Below are positions 27,045 to 37,322 of a DNA stretch of 64,000 nt, one piece after another; position 1 is the stretch's first letter, and each line of letters begins with the position of its first letter. A model generated the notes under the pieces. The model ran no database searches. It had not been told where the DNA came from and saw only the letters and a program-made list of their open reading frames with translations. The stretch is from a virus, in the IMG/VR virus record IMGVR_UViG_3300032313_001281, positions 12,793-76,792 of that record; one strand, 5' to 3'. A program made the translations under genes and the position numbers.

Positions 27045-28279
27045 AATCTGCGGGTGTTTCCATAGTGCAACACAGTCATACCCGGCATGTCCACAGGCAA
27101 TTTTCGCCAAGGATCCACAATCACACTGCCAGGTTTGATGCTGTAATAAAACTTGTCGATATGATCACCGGCCACATAGTCATAGGTCACTGAACGATTG
27201 TGGGCCATCAACACCACAGCTGGCCGATCAAAGTCAATGATCACATCTTGGGTGTCGTCGGCCAACGGGTCCACATATCTGATCTGATGACCTGCTTGCG
27301 TGACATAGTGGCCAATCAAGGTCGAATAACTGCCAATACAATAGGGCACGTCTGGCTTGTAGGCCTTGCCGTGTATGATGATGGGCAGATTGTGTTTGAC
27401 AGCTTGTGCTACTAGAAAATCAGCTAGATTGCGAGCCTGTTGTTCTCGAGCCAGCATGATTGTGTCAAACAGATCATAACCAATGTTGTATTCTTCGGCC
27501 AACCAACGCAGGGCTATGTTGTCTCTGGGATGGCAGGCACCTGCATCACCCATGCCTGCGGTCATGTACTTGGGTCCCATGATGCGCTGGGTACTGTGTG
27601 CAAGAGCGTTGGTTACAACATCCACGTTGATGTTGCCTATGCGCTGGGCAAAGTCTTGTATCATGTTGACCAAACCAACCTTGGCACTGATAAATGTGTT
27701 GTAGAATATCTTGATAGCTTCACACTCTTCCCAGGTTCCTATTTCAAAACGTGGATTGTTTCGGACCATGGGTCGGTATAGTTCAACCAGTTCTTCGGCC
27801 AGTTCAGTGCGGTTTCCGTATTCAGTGCCAATCATGATCATTTCCGGATTGACCATGTCCCACTTGACACTGCCCATGGCTATGAGATACGGATTGTATA
27901 GAAACTGATGTTGTTTGTTCAGCAGCCCTGCAAAATGCTGTCTGGTAGTGCCCGGTAACACTGTGCTGATCAACACAACCCGTTTAGAAGTGGTGGCATA
28001 GTGATTGATCTTGGTCAAACTACTCTGCACAGCTTCATGGATAAAATCTTTGGGAGGCATGTGACTGCTAGGAACACTTCCGTCGTAGCCCTCCAAATGT
28101 GGAGTAGGCACTGCTACAAATATCCAATCGCTGGCTTGCACTACTTCTTGAATGTCACACACTTTTACAGTGTTGCTGGTGCGTGGAACAATGTCATAGC
28201 CACGCACTGTGTAATGTTCGGCAAACACCTCTGCCGCATCCATGCCCAGTTTTCCTAGTCCAACAAATCCAATGTTCAT
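27041..28279 (-). CDS. UDP-glucose/GDP-mannose dehydrogenase family protein
   Basis: GLGKLG Rossmann motif, AVPTP, STVLPG, YNP, GACHPRD, AYKP. Confidence 0.88.
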   Translation of the reverse strand: MNIGFVGLGKLGMDAAEVFAEHYTVRGYDIVPRTSNTVKVCDIQEVVQASDWIFVAVPTPHLEGYDGSVPSSHMPPKDFIHEAVQSSLTKINHYATTSKRVVLISTVLPGTTRQHFAGLLNKQHQFLYNPYLIAMGSVKWDMVNPEMIMIGTEYGNRTELAEELVELYRPMVRNNPRFEIGTWEECEAIKIFYNTFISAKVGLVNMIQDFAQRIGNINVDVVTNALAHSTQRIMGPKYMTAGMGDAGACHPRDNIALRWLAEEYNIGYDLFDTIMLAREQQARNLADFLVAQAVKHNLPIIIHGKAYKPDVPYCIGSYSTLIGHYVTQAGHQIRYVDPLADDTQDVIIDFDRPAVVLMAHNRSVTYDYVAGDHIDKFYYSIKPGSVIVDPWRKLPVDMPGMTVLHYGNTRRL

Positions 28280-29157
28280 TTGCCCCATCCGTTACCCCAT
28301 AAGTCTACATGCAATCTTGGACTGTAGTTCCATCCATGCTTGACACAGATGTCTGCTATGCGTAACTTGTTTCGATCGTAGGGTTCAACTACTCCACCCT
28401 GTGGCATTAAATAAATTTGTCCTGTAAATCCACCAGCACGGAAAGCATCTGCAGCCTTGATTGCTTCTGTAATATGCTCGTCTGTTTCAACAACAAACTT
28501 GAGATATGTGTGACCAATGTCTTGATAGCTCTTAACAATGTCTGGACAAATTGCATCTTCCCATGACTCACCTGACGCACTTAGCTTTGCACTTACACTA
28601 AATGTCAAATTGTTATAACCACGTCTTTTGTATTTGGGATTCAGTGTCCAATCCAACATCGTGTGCCTAAAGTCTGCGTGAATCTTTTGTGTGCCGTTGG
28701 TCTCAAATGTAATATTACGCAGATCCTGCATGCGTTCATGTTGCAACAGTTCTGTATATGCACGTTGCCAGCCCAACAAAGGTTCTCCACCAGTAATCAC
28801 AAGATGCACATCGTTGCCATTGTTCTGCTGCCACATGTTGTTGGGAGTCAGTGCCAACATGCGTTCTACCAGTTCTTCTGTGGTCTGTGACGGGCTCAAG
28901 TGTTTGTAAGCTGGGTGCCACGACGCATAACTATCGCATCCGGTCTCCACTAGGGGTAGATCATTGAATGTAGGATACATATGGACCACTTCGGCCACGT
29001 CGTCAGCACCGGTGCTTTTTTCGCCTGGCTTACAACCAAATCCTGCACAGGTAAAGTTACAGCCATAGGTGCGTAAGAACACACTAGGCACACCAACAAA
29101 GCGACCTTCGCCTTGTAAACTGTAGAATACTTCTGAAACTTTTATCTTTGCCACCAT
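28276..29157 (-). CDS. queE: 7-carboxy-7-deazaguanine synthase
   Basis: EVFYSLQGEG...G.PSVFLR..GCN..C...CDS, ITGGEP, ETNG, SPRLH..LW. Confidence 0.92.
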   Translation of the reverse strand: MVAKIKVSEVFYSLQGEGRFVGVPSVFLRTYGCNFTCAGFGCKPGEKSTGADDVAEVVHMYPTFNDLPLVETGCDSYASWHPAYKHLSPSQTTEELVERMLALTPNNMWQQNNGNDVHLVITGGEPLLGWQRAYTELLQHERMQDLRNITFETNGTQKIHADFRHTMLDWTLNPKYKRRGYNNLTFSVSAKLSASGESWEDAICPDIVKSYQDIGHTYLKFVVETDEHITEAIKAADAFRAGGFTGQIYLMPQGGVVEPYDRNKLRIADICVKHGWNYSPRLHVDLWGNGWGK

Positions 29158-29645
29158 GCCTCCCAAGGAAATACAATCCACGAATCTTCTTCAGCTTTAT
29201 TTAGATCAACGGCTGAATAACTAATTTTTAATTTGCTCTTACTTGCTTCGTTATCTACCAGCACCGCCACACGTACATTGTTGCCCCATACGTCTTTCCA
29301 ACGCTTGTCTTTGGGAAAACACCCACTAGGCCAATCTTCCTTGATCCAATTTAATGTGGCACCCGAGTCGTTGATATCGTCTACAATAAGGATCTGCTTG
29401 CCTTCATATGCATCTTCGGCCATCCACAAGTTACTTTCGCAAGCATTTTCATCACCGTCACGCAGACTTACCTTTAGTGTTTGCATGGGAACTTCTAGAT
29501 ATTGGCTAATAAGGTTGGCCGGAACCAAGCCGCCACGTGTGAGCCCAACCACATAGTCTGGACGCCAGGCATCTGCGTGTAGTTGTCGTAGAATTTCTTG
29601 TGTCTGGCACTCTACATCTTGCCAGGTATGATAGATTTTTTTCAT
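29142..29645 (-). CDS. purine phosphoribosyltransferase (Gpt-like)
   Basis: GLTRGGLVPA, LIVDDINDSG.T PRPP motif, WIVFPWE. Confidence 0.88.
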   Translation of the reverse strand: MKKIYHTWQDVECQTQEILRQLHADAWRPDYVVGLTRGGLVPANLISQYLEVPMQTLKVSLRDGDENACESNLWMAEDAYEGKQILIVDDINDSGATLNWIKEDWPSGCFPKDKRWKDVWGNNVRVAVLVDNEASKSKLKISYSAVDLNKAEEDSWIVFPWEAWWQR

Positions 29646-29679
29646 ACTTAATTGTACACTATTTGTGAAAAGATTGCAA

Positions 29680-30582
29680 CTATTTAGATCTCTTGCCAAT
29701 GATAGATTTCATTCCTTCGGCAAAATTTCTAGGCCGATATGCAGGCATGATTGAAAGTAATCGGTTGATGTTGGGTCTGCGTGTAGCAGTTGAGCCAGGT
29801 AACCCAGATTTCAGTGTCCACTTGGCCGATTCATAGCCCATGGCTTTGGCTATGATGTCAGCGGCTTCGGGTATGGTAATTTCCACATCTGTGCCAACGT
29901 TGACTACTTCACGCAACACCGTATTGGCACAGTGTATGGTGGCTTCTACAGCATCTTCAATGTAGCAAAAACTACGAGTTTCGGCACTGCCAGTAACTTC
30001 AAACACACCAGATTCAATCTTGGCCATTTGGTCAGCAATGAAATGGCCAGCCTTGCTGTCCGCACCGTAGATGTTGAAATATCTAAGTGCTACCCAAGGC
30101 AATTCACTATTGACCAAATAATTCTCGCTGGTAATTTTGGCCAGTCTATAACTCCAACGAGCATTGTGTATATTTTTGATAGTGATGTCTGTGTGCTCGG
30201 GTGTTGGACTTACTGGATCATCGGACACCAGTTCACTGCTTGACGCATACACCAACTTGGTCAAGGTATCACATTGTTGAGCAAACTCAAACACATGTAT
30301 ATCTGTGATAAAATTGTTGGTCAGCACTTGGTTAGGCCGCTCGTAAAAGTTCTTGGTACCGTTGATGGCTGCATAGTGGTAAATCTGATCAAAGTCACGA
30401 GGCAAATTGTCAAAGTTGCTCTGGTTCATAAGGTCCAGATTGACCCAGACATCACAGGGCGGTATGGTATTGCTACGACTATGGTTGTCCACAGCCCACA
30501 CTTCGTTGTCGGCGCTGGATTTTAATTGGCGGCAGATTTCTGTGCCCAATAAACCACTGGCACCTGTGACTAATATTTTCAT
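29680..30582 (-). CDS. NAD-dependent nucleotide-sugar epimerase/dehydratase
   Basis: TGASGLLG, YASSS, Y...K, RYFNIYG. Confidence 0.88.
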   Translation of the reverse strand: MKILVTGASGLLGTEICRQLKSSADNEVWAVDNHSRSNTIPPCDVWVNLDLMNQSNFDNLPRDFDQIYHYAAINGTKNFYERPNQVLTNNFITDIHVFEFAQQCDTLTKLVYASSSELVSDDPVSPTPEHTDITIKNIHNARWSYRLAKITSENYLVNSELPWVALRYFNIYGADSKAGHFIADQMAKIESGVFEVTGSAETRSFCYIEDAVEATIHCANTVLREVVNVGTDVEITIPEAADIIAKAMGYESAKWTLKSGLPGSTATRRPNINRLLSIMPAYRPRNFAEGMKSIIGKRSK

Positions 30583-31352
30583 TGTTTGACTTTCTCGTTG
30601 TCTTGTATAATGCTTTGGATCATGGTATATGGTAGTCCAAGATTTTGTATGAGATTGTTCCAGGCTGCGGTGTCTTTGGGCAGGCAATGCCCGCCATATC
30701 CACGCATGTTGGGATTGGCCATCAGATAGGCCGGATTGAAACATTCACGACGGGTAATGGCCTTGTAAACATTCATGTAGTTGGCCCCCATTTTATCACA
30801 CACATCAAATGTGATATTGGCAAAGGTCACACTCATGGCATGATGCACATTGTTGAAATATTTGATTATTTCGGCTTCGGTAGGTGTAACTCTGGCCACG
30901 TGCTGTGGAAAGCTGCCATGCAACTCTACAATAATCTCAGCATCTTCCTTGTTGTAACAACCTGCGACCAAAAGATCATGATTGTACACAAAGTCAGCCA
31001 GGGCACTCTTGGCCCTTAAAAACTCTGGAACCATGCAGAGACGCAAGGTAGGATACAGTTGATGTAATCGATCTGTGGTACCAGGAATCACAGTGCTCTT
31101 GATTGACACTAGACCCGGATAGTTGTTGACGGCCAATTCAGCAACCACGTTGTCAACAATACTGGTATCACAATCTCCATTGGCGGTCTGGTCGGTAGGC
31201 ACGCTGATAAACACCACTTCGGTGTCCAGCACATCGTTCATGGTGCTACCTGCATGCTTGGGATCAAAGAACGTCATGGTGTGTCCAAGATATTCTAAAC
31301 CTTCAAATACTGCACTGCCCACAGTGCCTCGTCCTATAATTCCTATTTTCAT
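30579..31352 (-). CDS. UDP-glucose dehydrogenase-like protein (lacks C-terminal domain)
   Basis: GRGTVG, KSTVIPG, PEFL, GYGGHCLPKD; only 257 aa. Confidence 0.85.
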   Translation of the reverse strand: MKIGIIGRGTVGSAVFEGLEYLGHTMTFFDPKHAGSTMNDVLDTEVVFISVPTDQTANGDCDTSIVDNVVAELAVNNYPGLVSIKSTVIPGTTDRLHQLYPTLRLCMVPEFLRAKSALADFVYNHDLLVAGCYNKEDAEIIVELHGSFPQHVARVTPTEAEIIKYFNNVHHAMSVTFANITFDVCDKMGANYMNVYKAITRRECFNPAYLMANPNMRGYGGHCLPKDTAAWNNLIQNLGLPYTMIQSIIQDNEKVKQ

Positions 31353-31966
31353 GTTGCTTCCTTAAAAGTCATATCTACACATCTACTGGTTTGATTCTCT
31401 TTGACCAGTTTATAAATTTGCTCCGCCACTTGTTCGGGACGCAAATAATCCAATTTGGGATCAATTTCTTTGCCTGCTGTGGCCATCCGGGTCAAGGTTC
31501 TTACCGGATTGATCAAGTCAATGGTAATGTTTGTGCCTTCTAGAGAGTCTTTGACTCCTTGCCAGAGATTATGCAATGCAGCCTTGCTGGCACTGTAAAG
31601 CGGATACAGTTTTTTTCCGCTGACATAACTGCTGGAACCAATCATGATCAATCGTGTGACATGATTTTGATTTTCTGGATTCATATAGTGTCTGACAATA
31701 CTCCAGTTGCTGCCGAAATTCACATTCATGGTTCTTGTGTGATCTTGTTCCCAGCCGTTTTCAAAAACACCTGCACAGTTTATGATCACATCGGGTTGCG
31801 CATTGGCCAATAGGCCACGTATTTCTTGATCCGCTGAAGACTTGTTGAAATCTATAATAGAACTATTGACCGGAATGATCCTGAATCCGTTTTGTAAAAA
31901 CATTTTTCTAGTGGCAGATCCAATCCCGCCACGGTCTCCAAAGATAAGAGCTGTTTGTTTTTTCAT
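31349..31966 (-). CDS. short-chain dehydrogenase/reductase
   Basis: G..GGIG, NCAG, YSASK. Confidence 0.85.
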   Translation of the reverse strand: MKKQTALIFGDRGGIGSATRKMFLQNGFRIIPVNSSIIDFNKSSADQEIRGLLANAQPDVIINCAGVFENGWEQDHTRTMNVNFGSNWSIVRHYMNPENQNHVTRLIMIGSSSYVSGKKLYPLYSASKAALHNLWQGVKDSLEGTNITIDLINPVRTLTRMATAGKEIDPKLDYLRPEQVAEQIYKLVKENQTSRCVDMTFKEAT

Positions 31967-32370
31967 TATCGTACTATGCTATCAACTCTATAAGTATCAC
32001 TCTCATAATCTTCACCGCCGCGTGGACCTTCGGCAAAGGCTATGAATGTGCATCCATGTTCACCTGTTCGCATGGCATGTATTTCCATGGGTTCGCTGAT
32101 GATCATGTCCCCATGTCCGGCCACAAACTTTTGAACTGGCTCCTCTCCATCCACAGCCTTGCTGTAGTAGGTCAACGTGCCATTTAGTACCAAGGTATAC
32201 TGTGTGGTCAGTTTGTGATAGTGATTGCCACGTACGGCACCAGGAGCATTGGTTATAATGCAACCATGGTTCATGTTACGGGCATAGAACATGTCAGTGA
32301 TTGTGCCACGATCGTCGGTGTGTTGACCTAGACCTTGTTCGATGTTTTTGTTGATATTGTAGTATTTCAT
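31966..32370 (-). CDS. cupin, NDP-sugar epimerase/isomerase-like
   Basis: DDRG...RGNHYH...H. Confidence 0.8.
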   Translation of the reverse strand: MKYYNINKNIEQGLGQHTDDRGTITDMFYARNMNHGCIITNAPGAVRGNHYHKLTTQYTLVLNGTLTYYSKAVDGEEPVQKFVAGHGDMIISEPMEIHAMRTGEHGCTFIAFAEGPRGGEDYESDTYRVDSIVR

Positions 32371-33596
32371 TGTTGTAAGAACCTTGTGTTGGGATTTATA
32401 TTCGATATGGCTTGTTTGAGACCTGCACCAATGTTCCAGCTCAAGATCACAGCATACGGCTTGTCATACTGAGCAAAGATTGTGTCGTCAGCAATGGGTA
32501 TTCTGCTCAAAGGAGTGTATTTTCCTTGTTTGAATGCGCTGGAATCAGTTATGTATTTCAAGTGTGTTCGGTTGAGACCGTGCCAGGTCAGCCAGGTATT
32601 AGCCTTGGCAGCAGCACCCACTCCTATAAACACAGCTTCTGGTTCGTTCTGTCGTATTTCATAGAACTGACGCAACCATTGATCTCGCTGTTGTTCAAAT
32701 CTGCGTTGCACTACCTCATAGAAACGTGTGTCAAATAGACCAATCTGTGTTTCTCTGGCTATGGCATCTTCTATGGCCACGGGCATAGCGGCTCCGGTGT
32801 CACGACGAGCAAACACTCTAAGGCTGCCGCCGTGGTAGTCAACCACATCAAAGTCTGTGATTTCTAGTCCCGCGGTCCTGAGCATATTCCAGGCCATCTT
32901 GATAGTAAAGTATGTAGGATGTTCATGATACACCATGTCAGTGAAACGACCTGACTCAATCATGCTGAGCCAATAAGGCACTTCAAACACAAACACAGCA
33001 TCATCGGACAACAAAGAGGCCACAGCTCTAGCAAATGCAACAGGATCGTTGGCATGATTGAACACATTATTGGCCATTACAACATTGGCACTGCCCACAC
33101 GTTTAACTAGATCTTTGGCCACAGATTCGCAGAACATGGCTGGCATGACCTCTACACCACGTTCTTTGGCAACATGACACATGTCCATGCTGGGGTCTAT
33201 TCCTATGGCACGCACTCCTTCTCCGCGGAACTGATTGATTAGATAGCCATCGTTACTGCCTATTTCCACAGCAAACTTTATTGCTGGACATCTATTCTTC
33301 ACAGTGGTGGCATATTCATTCCAGTGTGCTCGAGCTGTGGCACTGTTGCTGGAAGTATAGCTGTAGCTGTAGAGACTGTACCGATCCTCGGCATGGCTCA
33401 CATAGCCCAACTGTATGCTGCCAGAGTCAGCATTGAGATTGACCTGTAGTGGAAACACAGGCTCGCTGAGATTGAGTTGGTTCTCAGCGACGAAAGTGTC
33501 TGCATAGGCATGCTGACCAAAGTCAAGTATTTTTGTCACTGGTTGCTGGCTGATCAAACAATGTGTCACTGCTTGGCTGGTAGTTATATTGGTCAT
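32367..33596 (-). CDS. NDP-sugar C-methyltransferase family
   Basis: EIGSNDG, ANNVFNH, YHEH..YF, HGGSLR, GAAAK, KQGK.TP. Confidence 0.88.
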   Translation of the reverse strand: MTNITTSQAVTHCLISQQPVTKILDFGQHAYADTFVAENQLNLSEPVFPLQVNLNADSGSIQLGYVSHAEDRYSLYSYSYTSSNSATARAHWNEYATTVKNRCPAIKFAVEIGSNDGYLINQFRGEGVRAIGIDPSMDMCHVAKERGVEVMPAMFCESVAKDLVKRVGSANVVMANNVFNHANDPVAFARAVASLLSDDAVFVFEVPYWLSMIESGRFTDMVYHEHPTYFTIKMAWNMLRTAGLEITDFDVVDYHGGSLRVFARRDTGAAMPVAIEDAIARETQIGLFDTRFYEVVQRRFEQQRDQWLRQFYEIRQNEPEAVFIGVGAAAKANTWLTWHGLNRTHLKYITDSSAFKQGKYTPLSRIPIADDTIFAQYDKPYAVILSWNIGAGLKQAISNINPNTRFLQQ

Positions 33597-34453
33597 TATT
33601 TGTCGAGTACCATTTTGATGTGACCATTGGCATCTTTAACTCTTGTAAAAGAACTTATTTGATTATTAGGGTCATTTTCCTTGATGCGTTGTATGGGAGG
33701 AATTTTTCCACTCTTGGTGTCTTCCCACCATTGTGTGCTGAGACCACGAGATTTCATGTAGGCGGCCAAGCGTTCAGCGTCAATGTATCTGTGCTGGACA
33801 AAAAACTCATTGTGTAGATCTCGAGGATTGTTGGGATTACCCTCGAGATATTCACGTTTTTTGTAGGCTTCGTCCTTGTTGTTGCCAGTAAGGTCAGCAC
33901 GATCGTGTGTGACATCTACTTCGATTATTTTCATTATGTCTAACCAATAGGCCATTTGGCTGCCTTCGGCATCTAGCATTTGATGACGGCTGAGTTGTCC
34001 CAGAGTTTCCATCCATTCTTTAGGAAAAATAGGAAATATGCTATAAGGATGTTCGTTGTGTGTGTGCACCTTGAGCAATCGAAACTCGCCGGTGCACTCG
34101 CGTATGCGCTGATCCCAATCTTGTGTTTGCATGACAGCGTCATCACACCATACAAACAACCAATCGGCGTCGGCATCTCGAGCCAGAGTGTTGAAATACT
34201 GATTGAGACCGGCATAGCCCAATGGTTCAAATCCCAGGGCTTCATAGTCTATGTCCCGTGCATCCAATTCGGGTTGTATGTTATTGGTAAAATAGTCAAG
34301 ACCTATGCTATCATTGTTGTCAATGCCCAATCTAAACTGCACAGAGTCTAGATCATGTGCCAGATCGATTAAGCTGAACAGGCTGCGACGCAAGGCATCT
34401 GTGCGCTTGTGTGTGGGCAACAATACAGCTATGTCGTATTGGCGTGATTTCAT
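33596..34453 (-). CDS. GT-A fold glycosyltransferase
   Basis: VLLPT..R, WCDD (DxD-like). Confidence 0.75.
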   Translation of the reverse strand: MKSRQYDIAVLLPTHKRTDALRRSLFSLIDLAHDLDSVQFRLGIDNNDSIGLDYFTNNIQPELDARDIDYEALGFEPLGYAGLNQYFNTLARDADADWLFVWCDDAVMQTQDWDQRIRECTGEFRLLKVHTHNEHPYSIFPIFPKEWMETLGQLSRHQMLDAEGSQMAYWLDIMKIIEVDVTHDRADLTGNNKDEAYKKREYLEGNPNNPRDLHNEFFVQHRYIDAERLAAYMKSRGLSTQWWEDTKSGKIPPIQRIKENDPNNQISSFTRVKDANGHIKMVLDK

Positions 34454-34457
34454 AATT

Positions 34458-35093
34458 TTAGTTTTCAATTTGTATTTTTTGCGGAGATATGCCCACACGA
34501 TCCAATTTCAATTCAATGGCCAAGGCAATGGTATGAGCCACCTGGGCCGGACCCAGCACAGGACCACGTGCATATTCCTCGGCTATGTCCTGATCCGAGC
34601 GGGTGCCTTGGTAATTTTGTCGCAACATGTTGGTCTGAGTTTTTCCAGGAACAATCTCGGTAAACAAGATTCCCGGATAGTCTCGCTTGACAGCGTTTAG
34701 ACTTTGGCGCAGGGCGATCTTGGAACCTACCATGAATATGGTATAGCTGATAGGATCATCTGCGCTGGTACTGGTTAGGTAGATGAATTGTCCTGTGGTT
34801 CTTTGTTGTGTGTATTGTTTGGCCAACAATAACGGCGCTGTGAAATTCACAGCCACATGATTCTGTTGATTCTGCCAAGAATTTTTGTGCCAACCCAAAT
34901 ATGCACCGCCATTGGCACCTGCACAATTCACTACCACATCGTACTCGGCTAGATCCAGACGATCTATTGAGGCAAAATCACCAAGATCAAATTCTTGTCT
35001 TGTGGGGGCCGTGACCACGTGTCCCTGGCGGCCTAGCAACTGTTTTACGGCTTGCCCAATTCCGCTGTTGCCTCCGGTCAAGAAAATTTTCAT
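34458..35093 (-). CDS. short-chain dehydrogenase/reductase (atypical catalytic motif)
   Basis: TGGNSGIG, NCAG; MVGSK in place of YxxxK. Confidence 0.8.
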   Translation of the reverse strand: MKIFLTGGNSGIGQAVKQLLGRQGHVVTAPTRQEFDLGDFASIDRLDLAEYDVVVNCAGANGGAYLGWHKNSWQNQQNHVAVNFTAPLLLAKQYTQQRTTGQFIYLTSTSADDPISYTIFMVGSKIALRQSLNAVKRDYPGILFTEIVPGKTQTNMLRQNYQGTRSDQDIAEEYARGPVLGPAQVAHTIALAIELKLDRVGISPQKIQIEN

Positions 35094-35101
35094 ATAGTTG
35101 A

Positions 35102-36667
35102 TTAGGATTTGCCAGGGGTAATGTTTGTTATGTTGTTGCCGTTGTAGGCTATGTCGAATTGAAACATGTGCTGATTGATGTCATTGGCTTGAAGACGTTC
35201 CCATGGATCTTGAGTTTTGTTCTTGACACCTTGCCAAAAACTGGTATTCTGCCCTAGGTTTTTCATGTAGGCGCAAAGTTGATCACAGTCTGTATGGCGT
35301 TGTTCTATGGTTGCTGGATAATGAAAGTCTTGGACATTCTCAGGATGGCCTTCAAATCTGTGCTTGGGTTTGATGACTTCTATGGCGTTCTGGACCAACT
35401 CCACTTGATTGTGGGTCACATCAATGTCCACAATCTCCATCAGGTCCAACATGTAGGCTATCTGACTGATCTCGGCATCAATCATCTGATGACGGCTCAA
35501 CTGACCCAGTTGTTCATACCAGACTGCGGGCATTATAGGAAATATGCTGTAGGGATGCTCGTTGTGAGTGTGTACTTTGAGCACTTTGAATTGACCATTG
35601 TAGGCTTTGACAACCTGATCCCAATCCTGTGTTTCCATCACAGCATCGTCGTTCCAGACAAACAACCAATCAGCTGAAGCCTGTTGTGCTAGATAGTTAT
35701 AGTAATGATTCAGACCTTCGTAGCCCATGCTTTCAAAGGCCTGAGCTTCGTAGGCTATGTCCCGTTCATCCAGCCAAGGCTGTATCACAGATGTAAAATA
35801 GTTCAATCCTGTTTCGTCATCATTGTCAAACCCAAACACCAGTTGTAGGTCGGAAGCATCGTAGGCACGTTCTACAATGCTGGTCACGCTGGCTGTCAAC
35901 TCGTCGGTCCGACCTCGACTGGGCAACAACACCGCAATTGAAAATTCACGGCTGGGTTTTTCAAAATAAAATTCGTAATCATCTAGACCCAGCACATTAC
36001 TGACATCTATGCCCGGCAAATAAAATTCTGGACGATCGGTAAAGTCTGTGCAGAGATCGTGCCGTAAAAAAGTAAATTCATAACAGTCACAGCTGCCGTC
36101 TGCGCTCAATGGAGTGTGGTTGTTGCCGTGCAAATGTACCAACACATATTCAGTCTGTAGTTTTTTTACTGTGTTGACGAATTGTTGTCTGCGATGATTG
36201 GCAAAGTGTATTTCAATTACTATGCCAGGAAAAATCTCTCGATTGGCTAAAATTTCATCAATAAGGGGGAATTCACCACCTTCAATATCCATCTTGAGCA
36301 ATACTCGTTTGCTGTCCAAACGTTGGATGGCCGTGGAAAATGCAGTGTATCCTGGACCTATGTTTTCTTCATAGTGTGTGGCCTTGGTTGAAAAAAAATC
36401 TTGGTAAGGAGCACGCAGGTAATCTTTCATGTTGTTGATGTTCACAGTTCCATCATACATGTGTATTTTGGACTGGGGCTTGAGATCTCGCCAGCCTTGA
36501 TCAAAACTCCAGTTCTCGCCTAGCCCACAACTGAGCAGGTCATCGCAGTGATCCAACAGCATTTGTGGTATGATATAACCGCCATCGCTGGCACACCCTA
36601 TACGCACAGGGTCGGCAATGATCTTGGGTAAACAACATATCAGTTCATTGGGTAATTGTATTTTCAT
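35102..36667 (-). CDS. FkbM-like methyltransferase fused to GT-A glycosyltransferase
   Basis: RIG...DGGY, LKMDIEGGE, HLHGNN; C-terminal half paralogous to 33596-34453. Confidence 0.8.
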   Translation of the reverse strand: MKIQLPNELICCLPKIIADPVRIGCASDGGYIIPQMLLDHCDDLLSCGLGENWSFDQGWRDLKPQSKIHMYDGTVNINNMKDYLRAPYQDFFSTKATHYEENIGPGYTAFSTAIQRLDSKRVLLKMDIEGGEFPLIDEILANREIFPGIVIEIHFANHRRQQFVNTVKKLQTEYVLVHLHGNNHTPLSADGSCDCYEFTFLRHDLCTDFTDRPEFYLPGIDVSNVLGLDDYEFYFEKPSREFSIAVLLPSRGRTDELTASVTSIVERAYDASDLQLVFGFDNDDETGLNYFTSVIQPWLDERDIAYEAQAFESMGYEGLNHYYNYLAQQASADWLFVWNDDAVMETQDWDQVVKAYNGQFKVLKVHTHNEHPYSIFPIMPAVWYEQLGQLSRHQMIDAEISQIAYMLDLMEIVDIDVTHNQVELVQNAIEVIKPKHRFEGHPENVQDFHYPATIEQRHTDCDQLCAYMKNLGQNTSFWQGVKNKTQDPWERLQANDINQHMFQFDIAYNGNNITNITPGKS

Positions 36668-36706
36668 CACAATATTTATATACGCCGTTTACTACGAAAA
36701 CAAATC

Positions 36707-37246
36707 TTATCCTTCGTATACTGCTGAGTTTGCATTGTGCTCAAACACTTCAACTGAACGCAACTTAACACCTTGCCCAACAGGATAGCGACACTTGAAT
36801 TCTTTTACAGTATTTCCGTCTTGTGAAACCAGAAACCAAGAGTTACCTGCTTGAAATGCCCGGAGAATATTTTCCATGGTTTTGTAAGCAAGTTCGGCAA
36901 ACTTTTCGCAACCTACACCCTCAACAATACGAACATCGCATACTCCACCTTGATCTTGCAACCCTAGTTCGGCCATCTTTTCAAACATAGTACGATGAGG
37001 ATCATCTTCGGCAATCACTAACGTGTGATCAAACATATACTCAGACCACTCTTTGAATGCTTTGAGTCCACCAAAGTCCATGACCCAATTACGATCATCC
37101 AATGTTTCACTTTCAAAAATTAGTTTGATACCAATCGAGTATCCGTGTAGTAATGAGCAATGACTGTGTGTGCTTCGCCATTGTCTAAAACAGCATGAAA
37201 GTCCGCGGTCGTTACCGTAAGTTTTTGTTGAAAGATATTTTGCCAT
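36707..37246 (-). CDS. queD: 6-carboxy-tetrahydropterin synthase
   Basis: C..LHGY, WVMDFG, FDH, E..A, FEH..NSA.Y. Confidence 0.88.
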   Translation of the reverse strand: MAKYLSTKTYGNDRGLSCCFRQWRSTHSHCSLLHGYSIGIKLIFESETLDDRNWVMDFGGLKAFKEWSEYMFDHTLVIAEDDPHRTMFEKMAELGLQDQGGVCDVRIVEGVGCEKFAELAYKTMENILRAFQAGNSWFLVSQDGNTVKEFKCRYPVGQGVKLRSVEVFEHNANSAVYEG

Positions 37247-37274
37247 TTGTTTCTCCTATGTTAGATTATAGCAT

Positions 37275-37317
37275 AGGTGGCAGAGTTTGTAAAGCGGGGT
37301 GACACCAAAGACCGCTG
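37275..37317 (-). promoter_or_regulatory. preQ1-I-like pseudoknot riboswitch candidate in the queD leader
   Basis: AGCGG-UCUUUGGUGUCACC-CCGCU-UUACAAACUCUGCCACC; TAAATA box at 37324-37329. Confidence 0.55.
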
Positions 37318-37322
37318 TAGTG

